Positions 55,900 to 64,000 of a stretch of 64,000 nucleotides of DNA are shown here, one piece after another. The position numbers were made by a program, and so were the translations under genes. Position 1 is the first letter of the stretch. Every line of letters starts with the position of its first letter. The stretch lies in the IMG/VR virus record IMGVR_UViG_3300013126_000011; one strand, written 5' to 3'. The notes below the pieces were generated by a model. It was not told the origin of the DNA, did no database searches, and was given only the letters and a program-made list of their open reading frames with translations. This DNA comes from a virus.

Positions 55900-57990
55900 A
55901 TGCTGCCAACAATTGAAATTCGCGACATTAAACTGGAAAAGTCAAGGATAACAGTCGGTACGTTGATTTCTGAGACTATCAATGAACAGTCTTTATCTGG
56001 TCAGTGGTTAGGATCGAAGTACATTAACTACGTGACATTGAAGTTGGAGCAATATATCAATAACGCCTTCAATGGCAAGCTTGAATATAATCTCGGTTTA
56101 TTGACTGATTCTGATGTTGTTGAGACAATATTGACCGGTAATGGCCAAGAGTCAAAGAAATATTATGTTCAGCATGTGTTTTATCCAGAAGCAAACGTAT
56201 ATCCAATCAAGAATCTCAATTACAAATACTCAACAGCAATTGATTTAGAGTTGTTGATTCAAGACACTGGAATCAGTGCGAAAGTAAATCCGGCGCAACA
56301 GAAGAAGTTTACTAGTGGCGTCACTTCTGTCGATATCATGAAAGATTCAGAATACGTAGCCGGAATCAATATTCAAGATTTCGATAGTACGGCAACTTTA
56401 GTAGAAGAGAGAATGTTGGATTATACGTTATTCAATAACATGACGTATCATCCAAAAGATGTATTGACAGCATACAATTCAAATAATGTTGGAGGTTTCT
56501 TTTCTCCATTGCTAATGTCTGTCTCTGAGGATCGTGATGTACGAGCTATGTTCTTTGTGGATCTAAGAAATATATTGCTTGAACGTTCAAATTATAAGAG
56601 TTTGCTGGTTTCTTCTGATACGATTTTACAGAAAGTGCTCGATAGAAGCAAGATCGTTAGTATTCGAATTATGAGGTATCGTGATGGATTTGAAGAGCTT
56701 GACTCTCCAGTCTTAGTAATTGTTAGCAATGAAAATGGGTCTGTGACTGCTTCCGCTAGTTTGAAGAAAAATCAAGTTGCAACGACTTCATATCACGCTG
56801 GTTTGAGAGCGTTTGAATTTGTGGACAGTACAGTGCTTCAGAACACTTTTGGCAGTTATCGTTATGCTGTCGAGCTTCAAGTTGAAGATGGAGCCGTTGC
56901 CTTGTTGCAAGAGCAGAAAACAAAGCTCGAAAGTCACGTACAAGCTCTTCGAGATTATTCAGCAAAGTCACTTTCAGATACAAACTATATTGATTTTAAT
57001 GGATATTTTACGGCAGCATTTAACGATCAATATGTCGGAAGAACACAGCCTTGGATTTCAGCGATCCTAGATTATCTGGAAACCCTAAAATTTGTCACGA
57101 CAATCTCTACTGAAGAGTCAAACAAGCTAGCTGTTGCTTTGAATTTATTGGCTTCTTCGAATACTGGCAGTTTGGCAGGAGTCGAATATCTGATCGATTG
57201 GATTGTGTCGTTGATCCAAATGTTGCAGGATTTGAGTCTGTATCAACGAATTGACTTGACTTTTAATTTCTTGCGAGAACTAATTGATCCAGATAAGGTC
57301 GGCATGCCATCTGCTGTGTATCTTGAAGAATCACCTTCTGATGGTTTGTTGAACGCTAGCAGCAGAACGGTAATTACCTCGCTAGCACTAAATCAAAGAC
57401 AAGCCTCTTTAGAGCCAAAAGAAATTCAAGTAAACACAAGTAGTGTTACAAAAAGAACTACAAGTTTTGCAGAAGTTGAAGGCTCGGCGGAAATTAACAA
57501 GACCTTCGACTCTAGAAGTGCAGCGATGAACGTTTCGGAGTTGTCTTTGGAATTTACTTTGCAAGAGCTTGGATATGAAACGCTAGAAGAGTGGGCTGGT
57601 GCAATTGGTCTAGGATTCGTAGAACTTGAAGCTGGAACAACACAAATTACAGAAAAAGCAGCATACACTGATAATCAATTACAGAAGTCAAATACTGCTA
57701 GTAAGATTGCAGAACCATTTGTAAATTCGTTTGTTTCGAAGTTGCTAAAACTTCCAACAAGCTATCAACAGTTTCTTGAACGATTTGGATTGGAGAAGCA
57801 ACTTCAATTGTTGTCTGGTTTCAAGTTGAGCAATAATCGTACAGAACCAAGAGAAATGATTTGGGAAATATATACACCAGATTTATATGAACGACTCAAA
57901 GCAAAGAACGGTATGATTCTTTGTCGGTTATTGTCGATGAGAAATCCCGAGAGTGTGACCATTTATAATCGCTACTTCTTGATGAAATAA
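55900..57990 (+). CDS. hypothetical structural-module protein
   Basis: long ORF in the structural operon. Confidence 0.65.
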   Translation: MLPTIEIRDIKLEKSRITVGTLISETINEQSLSGQWLGSKYINYVTLKLEQYINNAFNGKLEYNLGLLTDSDVVETILTGNGQESKKYYVQHVFYPEANVYPIKNLNYKYSTAIDLELLIQDTGISAKVNPAQQKKFTSGVTSVDIMKDSEYVAGINIQDFDSTATLVEERMLDYTLFNNMTYHPKDVLTAYNSNNVGGFFSPLLMSVSEDRDVRAMFFVDLRNILLERSNYKSLLVSSDTILQKVLDRSKIVSIRIMRYRDGFEELDSPVLVIVSNENGSVTASASLKKNQVATTSYHAGLRAFEFVDSTVLQNTFGSYRYAVELQVEDGAVALLQEQKTKLESHVQALRDYSAKSLSDTNYIDFNGYFTAAFNDQYVGRTQPWISAILDYLETLKFVTTISTEESNKLAVALNLLASSNTGSLAGVEYLIDWIVSLIQMLQDLSLYQRIDLTFNFLRELIDPDKVGMPSAVYLEESPSDGLLNASSRTVITSLALNQRQASLEPKEIQVNTSSVTKRTTSFAEVEGSAEINKTFDSRSAAMNVSELSLEFTLQELGYETLEEWAGAIGLGFVELEAGTTQITEKAAYTDNQLQKSNTASKIAEPFVNSFVSKLLKLPTSYQQFLERFGLEKQLQLLSGFKLSNNRTEPREMIWEIYTPDLYERLKAKNGMILCRLLSMRNPESVTIYNRYFLMK

Positions 57991-58003
57991 GGGCTGACAA
58001 ACA

Positions 58004-60412
58004 ATGGCAGTGAATGTTACAAATCCAACACAATTCTCGGGACAATCAAATACAGCACCAGCCAACAGTGTTGTTCAGTCGGCAGCGCAACAAAATGTCA
58101 GCGGATTCTCGGAGACCGTTCAGCAGCTAGAAACCACAGAGTTACTTTCCAGTACGTTTGCTCTAAATGTTCAGAATGTGACAGATTTCCGAAAGCGACT
58201 TGGAAGATATAAGAGTTTTATCAAGAAAGGCGTATATGGTGTAGTACCAGAAAACATCATAGAAGAAAAGAAGAAATTTTTTGCTTCTGGTATTGATGAC
58301 GTTTTCCGAATGCAATTGGGAGCTTTCGTTACTGTTGTTGATGGAAAGCCTGTACATTACAATACCGTTACGCCATATGATGTATTTGAGAAGGTAGAGT
58401 TTATTCAAGGTGTTGATGGTCCGTTGATTCGAGTTGTTGCTAACAAGAAGTCAGTCTGGTTTTTAGAAAACGGAAAATTCAACGATAAAAAGTTTAGTGA
58501 TTTCGTCAAGAACAATACTTTTGAATCATTTAAGGATTTTTATTCTTCGTTTGCTGAGATGCTAGCACCAAATGATCGAAGTGAAGGATGGCAGACATAT
58601 CCAGAAGCTTCGGCAGAATCGGTATACAACTATTTCGACAAAGGATATGAGCTTGGTCGAAAAAACGAATATGTAGAACGAGCTTTGCCAAATGTTAACG
58701 TTCTTGCAGCCGAATTACAGAACGGCAAAGAAACTGGCACCAGTCTTGACTTTTTGGTAACGCTGGTCGAAGATGCTCACATTGATGAACGAAGAATTTG
58801 TCTAGAACAAGTCAGAAACGGAACATATTTCTCAAACTTTTCAAAGCGTTATGACAATGCAGTTGGCAGCAAGTTCGTCGACAAGGTGCAGAAGAAACAG
58901 AGAACGTTTGTGTTTTCCGGAGAAGATCAAAATCAACTCAAGTCTTTGGATTCTTTGAAGAATTCAATTCCAATGTATATTGCAATCGATTTGGACACGA
59001 ACGTTTCGACGTTCTCGAAGATTCTAGAAGATACGAAGTTTGACGATCAGTTGTTAGCTCAGTTGATTTCGGATACGTATTGGAAAAAAGATCAGTATTA
59101 TGTTTACGATACAAGCGATCCAAAGAACGCTGCATTTCAAGATACAAGAGTATTCGATCTGAAAGCTTGGTATGACGCCTATGATCAAGATCAAGAGATT
59201 CCAAAGATCACTATTCCCACTAACGAGCTAGTGTATTATGGTGAATATCTCAAACGTTACGCGGAATCATTATCTAAGAAAGATTCGTTAGAACGAGCTA
59301 TTAACTGGCTTGTGTTCTCTGAGAAGTATCAGCAGCTAGTTTTAGAAAATTCCAGAACATATCAACAGATGCTTGAGAACAGCAAGAAGCCATATACAGA
59401 AACAGTTGCTTATCGTATTGACAAGAAGAACAATGTGACTGGAGAAACGTTACAGAGCTTTTATTTCATGAATACTTCGAAGCAAGAAGTATTGCGATAC
59501 ATCGACAGCCAAGTCAAATATGGAATTCCGTATCGTTATGATATTATCGCTCTTCAGTTGGTTATCGGAGAAAAATACAATTATGGTGCTCCAAAGCCCG
59601 GCTATGGTAAAGATGATATGGTTGTGCCGTACAATTGCGAAACTATTGTACAGATTGTTGAAGTTTCAATTTATGCTGATGTCGCACAAGTACTCGACAA
59701 GCCTTCGGTTGGTCCAACGGTAAGGTTTTTGCCGCAAATCGGTATCGATAATCGTGTCAAAATTTTTGTAAATAGCTCTTTTGATCAAGTACGTTTAGAA
59801 CCAGTAACCATTCTGAATACTGATGCTGCGTATTGGAGAACGGTTATTGCTTCTCAGAAGTCGAAAGACAAGAAGGTTCAGTTCGGAACCGACGATAGAC
59901 CAATTCGTTTTCAAGTGTTTCGATTGGACAAAGAGCCGGTAAAATGGACAGACTTTCAAAGTGGACTGTTTTATGAAACAGAGAACAATTCAGCAATCTT
60001 TGAAGATAATATAGAGCCAAATATAACTTATTATTATTGCATTCGAAGTATCGATAATCATAATAATATTTCGATGCCATCAAATATTTTCAAAATTAAG
60101 GTAGTTAATGACGGTGGTACGGTCTATATGATGAATGATTTGTTTGAGTTTGCAGAGAAGCGAAAGAGCAAGAAAGACAAGAGCTTTAAGAGGACTCTTT
60201 CAATTAGTCCAGCTTTCTTGCAGACTGTATTGAAGCAAGAAGACTCTGGAAAATATACCGGAACGGGAATTGATGATTTTTCGATTTGGAACAAGCCAAT
60301 TAGGGTTCGAATTACTTCGAAAAATACCGGCAGGAAGCTCGATGTGTATTGTAAGTTTACTTTGGACGATAAACTAGTTATTGGGAAAACATTGAACAAT
60401 GGAGTACAATAG
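58004..60412 (+). CDS. structural-module protein with FN3-like C-terminal region
   Basis: YIDSQVKYG..YRY; FEDNIEPNITYYYCIRSID. Confidence 0.65.
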   Translation: MAVNVTNPTQFSGQSNTAPANSVVQSAAQQNVSGFSETVQQLETTELLSSTFALNVQNVTDFRKRLGRYKSFIKKGVYGVVPENIIEEKKKFFASGIDDVFRMQLGAFVTVVDGKPVHYNTVTPYDVFEKVEFIQGVDGPLIRVVANKKSVWFLENGKFNDKKFSDFVKNNTFESFKDFYSSFAEMLAPNDRSEGWQTYPEASAESVYNYFDKGYELGRKNEYVERALPNVNVLAAELQNGKETGTSLDFLVTLVEDAHIDERRICLEQVRNGTYFSNFSKRYDNAVGSKFVDKVQKKQRTFVFSGEDQNQLKSLDSLKNSIPMYIAIDLDTNVSTFSKILEDTKFDDQLLAQLISDTYWKKDQYYVYDTSDPKNAAFQDTRVFDLKAWYDAYDQDQEIPKITIPTNELVYYGEYLKRYAESLSKKDSLERAINWLVFSEKYQQLVLENSRTYQQMLENSKKPYTETVAYRIDKKNNVTGETLQSFYFMNTSKQEVLRYIDSQVKYGIPYRYDIIALQLVIGEKYNYGAPKPGYGKDDMVVPYNCETIVQIVEVSIYADVAQVLDKPSVGPTVRFLPQIGIDNRVKIFVNSSFDQVRLEPVTILNTDAAYWRTVIASQKSKDKKVQFGTDDRPIRFQVFRLDKEPVKWTDFQSGLFYETENNSAIFEDNIEPNITYYYCIRSIDNHNNISMPSNIFKIKVVNDGGTVYMMNDLFEFAEKRKSKKDKSFKRTLSISPAFLQTVLKQEDSGKYTGTGIDDFSIWNKPIRVRITSKNTGRKLDVYCKFTLDDKLVIGKTLNNGVQ

Positions 60413-60414
60413 TT

Positions 60415-61326
60415 ATGGGATTTTTAGATAATTCAGGTGACATTATTCTCGATGCCGTATTGACGGATGCTGGTCGAAAGTTGCTGGCAAAAGGAGATGG
60501 TTCTTTCCGAATCACTCAGTTTGCTTTGTTTGATGATGAAATTGATTACGGTCTGTATGATAGTTCTCATCCATCTGGAAGTGCTTATTACGACTTGGAG
60601 ATCATGAGAACGCCAATCTTTGAGGCGTTTACGAACAATGCTTCTTCTGGCAAGTCGAGGCTCATGACGATCCCTAGAACAAATTTGCTATATCTGCCAG
60701 TTATGAAGATTAATGATACAAGGCACCCGACAACGATTGACAGCAAAGACGTTTATGTTGTTGCAGTTGATACAGACACGTTTACGGCTGTACGCGATGA
60801 TCTAGGTGCTTTGAATTTGACAGCTTTGATTATGGACGGATCGAAGAATTTTGGCCAAGGTGGTGTACAAGTTGATCAAGGACTCGACACGACAGCGATA
60901 TCTCCAGTCAATCCACTAGATGCGGATTTGACAGAGACAGCTTATATTGTCGAGATGGATAATCGCTTTGGAGCAGTATTGAAGATCAGCAATACGGAAA
61001 ATCCAACGGCAGTATCATCTTATATTGACGATGACGATATGGCAAGTTATTATTTGTCAAGCAATGATCCAGATTACGTGTTCCCCAACAAGGACACAAC
61101 AGTATCGAATGGTCAGGTGATCGCCGGTCCTCGTGGAAATTCTCTGCAATTCAGAATCAAGTCTTCAGTTAATCTTCAAGAGAGCGATTATTATTTTACT
61201 CGATATGGTAAGACAATTACGATTAATGACAGCAATTATTATATCATTGAAACAAATGTTCGCGTATCTGGTGCAACTACAGGTGGAAGCGTTGTTGTTC
61301 CACTTACTTACATTAAGCAAGTATAA
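60415..61326 (+). CDS. tail-collar/baseplate-type structural protein
   Basis: ILDAVLTDAGRKLLAKG..FRITQFALFDDEIDY. Confidence 0.65.
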   Translation: MGFLDNSGDIILDAVLTDAGRKLLAKGDGSFRITQFALFDDEIDYGLYDSSHPSGSAYYDLEIMRTPIFEAFTNNASSGKSRLMTIPRTNLLYLPVMKINDTRHPTTIDSKDVYVVAVDTDTFTAVRDDLGALNLTALIMDGSKNFGQGGVQVDQGLDTTAISPVNPLDADLTETAYIVEMDNRFGAVLKISNTENPTAVSSYIDDDDMASYYLSSNDPDYVFPNKDTTVSNGQVIAGPRGNSLQFRIKSSVNLQESDYYFTRYGKTITINDSNYYIIETNVRVSGATTGGSVVVPLTYIKQV

Positions 61327-61345
61327 GAAATAAGGAGAGAATATA

Positions 61346-62359
61346 ATGGCTTCTATGTTTAAGCAATTATTAGCTAGCGATAAGGCGACCGTAAGAACGC
61401 CTTTGTATGAAGGAATTCCAATGACGGGAACTTTGTTCAATGGTACTGACTATGCTGGCTTTCCAGATGAAGAGAATATTAAGAAGTATTCTCATGGTAT
61501 TTTTGAATCGGTATATGATTATCCTTATTTGAGTTCCTCAGCGAATCATTTGTTTGATTTGTCGTTTGGCTTTGCATCAAGCTCAATTTACAATACGACT
61601 GGTGTTGTTGATGCAGACAAGAAAATTAACATGTACAATCAAATGTGTCAGATGTTGATGGGATTTGACGATGATGGAAAGGTAAAACCATTGAAAAATC
61701 CCGAGACTGGTGCAGAAATGAAGGAAGTCTTCCTTATCGATCTTTCTCGATTAGTTTACAAGGATGAAATTAAGAAGGGCTCAGTGAATCTGTATTATTT
61801 TGACGATACCTCTTATTCTACGTCCTGTGATTCGGGAGAAATTTGTCACGGTTATGAAGCCGGTAGTATTTATATTGATTCACCGGTTGGTGAATATTCT
61901 TCAATATATGTCACAATATCGCCCGAGGATAATTGTGGAATGGTATTTTATCAGGCTGGTGCGATATTGTTGTCGGGCTCTAGTTGGGCTATAGAAGAGG
62001 CTAACGGTTCGGCTGACACGTTTGCAGATCTCTTTACTTCCGGCAGTATCGAAGAGATTTGTGACGGTTTCAGACACCGAATTTGTAATCTTCAACTAAC
62101 AAACACTACAGAGCTTTTTAGTCAGATGTATTTCTGCCGGGCAAATAATAACGAGTTTAACTATTCTAGTAATCCCACGTATCTTTCTAGTAGCCAGATT
62201 GTCACAAAAGACGTGGCTAGCGATCCAGCAGTTTCGTATTTAACGGGAGTTGGTCTTTTCTCTGCTAAAGGAGAACTGTTAGCCACAGCTAAGTTATCGG
62301 AACCATTGAAGAAAACAAGCAGTACAGAGTTAAACATTAAAATCAGGCTCGATTGGTAA
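61346..62359 (+). CDS. tail/baseplate-type structural protein
   Basis: FNYSSNPTY, YLTGVGLF..GELLATAKLSEPLKK. Confidence 0.65.
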   Translation: MASMFKQLLASDKATVRTPLYEGIPMTGTLFNGTDYAGFPDEENIKKYSHGIFESVYDYPYLSSSANHLFDLSFGFASSSIYNTTGVVDADKKINMYNQMCQMLMGFDDDGKVKPLKNPETGAEMKEVFLIDLSRLVYKDEIKKGSVNLYYFDDTSYSTSCDSGEICHGYEAGSIYIDSPVGEYSSIYVTISPEDNCGMVFYQAGAILLSGSSWAIEEANGSADTFADLFTSGSIEEICDGFRHRICNLQLTNTTELFSQMYFCRANNNEFNYSSNPTYLSSSQIVTKDVASDPAVSYLTGVGLFSAKGELLATAKLSEPLKKTSSTELNIKIRLDW

Positions 62360-62389
62360 TTTAAGGAAATTTAAGGAAATCAACGATTT

Positions 62390-62821
62390 ATGAATCTTAA
62401 AAAGATGATAAACGAGGCTTTCGAAGATCACATTAAGCAAGCCCAAGAAAAGCAACCAGAAATTATTCGTCATATCAAGTTGCAACTTCAAAGATTCGTT
62501 GAAGATGAATCGGTATTCACAGATATGATCGATGCTTTTGAACGCATTATCCGTATGGCTATGGCAGATAATACTTCTGATTCTGTTGACAAGATTGCAA
62601 GAGATCTAGACTTAGCTCCAGCTTTTGTCAGTTTTCATACCAGAATAGCGAAGAGAGATAAGAGCGATGGTTTACTGAATAAGTCGATTGACGTTAAACA
62701 GATTGCTTCAACAATTCAGAAACCAAAAGCCAGAGAATATGTACCTTCCTATCGTGATGAGAATGAAATGATTTATGGCAATTCTTATTCAGAGCCCGGT
62801 GGACATAGAACGGGAGATTAA
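62390..62821 (+). CDS. hypothetical protein with LKKMINE leader
   Basis: MNLKKMINEAFE. Confidence 0.6.
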   Translation: MNLKKMINEAFEDHIKQAQEKQPEIIRHIKLQLQRFVEDESVFTDMIDAFERIIRMAMADNTSDSVDKIARDLDLAPAFVSFHTRIAKRDKSDGLLNKSIDVKQIASTIQKPKAREYVPSYRDENEMIYGNSYSEPGGHRTGD

Positions 62822-62823
62822 TT

Positions 62824-63933
62824 TTGTCATATCTTTTTCAGTTCGATCAAGATGATATTATTCATTCAACAAACGAGGCGCATCCTCGTTCAGAGATGAT
62901 AATCTTGTCAGATGGAACAAAACAATGTTCTTGGGAGCCTTCTGAAAGAAATGCCGATGGTTATTTGACCTATGGGCTGTCTGCTTCAAGTGGACAGTTT
63001 GTATATAAAGATTCTTCGAATGCTGATAGTTTTCCGACAGCATCATACGGAGAACAGATTCAATTAAATTCTGGAATGACAACTGCTTCGATTTCTTTAT
63101 ACAAATATTGGACAGGTTTCGATACTTCAAGCTACGAACAATATTTGTCAGCCATCAAGTCAACACTAAAGTACAACACTCTTCTAAGTCCTCATTTTGC
63201 TTTTAGCTCGTCCTATGGTGACAAGAGCGCTCAAGAGATGCTGATGATCAGCATTCCAGAGGCATTTTACGGAAGCAAAATACAAAAAGGATCTGTCAAG
63301 TTAAGTTTTCTTGAAACTGAAGTGCTGTTTGGTACTCTAGAAGATTCAAATCAAAATGGCGAATTAATTCAGACGTTTGGTGCAACCGGATCTGGATTAG
63401 TAGCTGGAGTTGTACTATATGATGAAGGCATTATCCTATTGACTGGTTCTTGGATCATTGATGACAGCATCGATGGATTGACTTATTCCGGAACATATCC
63501 GACTTGGAACACAGATGGCAAGCCTAGGTGGTGTTATTGGGGCGCAGACAATACAGATGAAAGTTTTCCATCATATACTTTGGAGTTTAATGGAACAGTA
63601 CAGACGCCAGTGATTTTGATGTATGCTCATGCACCAAAAGGATCGTTGAACCATTCCAATAATCCATCGTTTGTTGATCGAAATGATATGACAAGATATT
63701 TGAATTTTGCTAGCAGTTCTCATGGTTTTTATGAAGATGAGAAGGTAGGCTTAACCAACTCTATTTATTCAGAGTACAACGATGTACACAAAGATTTTCG
63801 AAAGCAAACATATATTTCGAAAGTTGCCGTTCTCGATGAAGACAAGAACGTAATTGCAATTGCCAGTTTAGCAGAGCCATTACGCAAACTTCAAGAGCGA
63901 GAGTACACGATAAAGATTTCGATTGACGGATAA
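62824..63933 (+). CDS. structural protein, paralog of 61346..62359
   Basis: IQKGSVKL, LNHSNNPSF, YISKVAV..VIAIASLAEPLRK. Confidence 0.65.
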   Translation: MSYLFQFDQDDIIHSTNEAHPRSEMIILSDGTKQCSWEPSERNADGYLTYGLSASSGQFVYKDSSNADSFPTASYGEQIQLNSGMTTASISLYKYWTGFDTSSYEQYLSAIKSTLKYNTLLSPHFAFSSSYGDKSAQEMLMISIPEAFYGSKIQKGSVKLSFLETEVLFGTLEDSNQNGELIQTFGATGSGLVAGVVLYDEGIILLTGSWIIDDSIDGLTYSGTYPTWNTDGKPRWCYWGADNTDESFPSYTLEFNGTVQTPVILMYAHAPKGSLNHSNNPSFVDRNDMTRYLNFASSSHGFYEDEKVGLTNSIYSEYNDVHKDFRKQTYISKVAVLDEDKNVIAIASLAEPLRKLQEREYTIKISIDG

Positions 63934-63946
63934 GGAAGCAAATACA

Positions 63947-64000
63947 ATGAATTTAGCCAAAGAACAACTTAAGAAAATGATTCAAGAAGCTTTGAGCGAG
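63947..64000 (+). CDS. partial CDS (runs off the window) starting with MNLAKEQLKKMIQEALSE leader
   Basis: AAGGA SD; open frame to the window end. Confidence 0.65.
   Translation, partial: MNLAKEQLKKMIQEALSE

Noticed and set aside
311-63130. Minus-strand and nested alternate-frame ORFs in the track (e.g. 8821..9486, 9483..10040, 20462..20977, 44976..45410)
   Set aside because: They shadow well-supported + strand genes and have no motifs or SD

Overview
This window looks like a segment of a large, AT-rich jumbo-type myophage genome. Essentially all real genes are on the + strand and use the standard genetic code. (1) 1-5 kb and about 18.7-24.4 kb are early accessory regions of tiny, often paralogous genes behind near-consensus sigma70 promoters; the window opens on a tandem repeat whose unit is itself a promoter. 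(2) 5-18.5 kb encodes nucleic-acid end-processing enzymes: HD phosphoesterase, GNAT-like/P-loop kinase fusion, ParB-like/CCA-adding fusion, RlaP-like NTase, minimal ATP-dependent DNA ligase, HAD nucleotidase and a ligase-like/HIGH-NTase/ParB-like fusion. Many carry leaders and linkers ending in [LIVM]-x-E, resembling prohead-protease sites. (3) A tRNA-Arg(UCU) gene lacks an encoded CCA. (4) 25-34 kb holds a Cas4/RecB-like nuclease and a glycan cluster: three GT4, a GT9-like enzyme, an acetyltransferase, a DegT/perosamine synthase-like enzyme and Gmd. (5) A sigma-factor-like gene precedes a long baseplate/tail module (gp5-like, gp25, gp6, LamG-containing giant protein) whose proteins are rich in [ST]-[GAS]-S triplets. 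The leading hypotheses are a virion-packaged, protease-matured tRNA/RNA repair kit and a phage-encoded virion glycosylation system with a visible sequon. All family calls come from motif recognition by eye; no searches were run.
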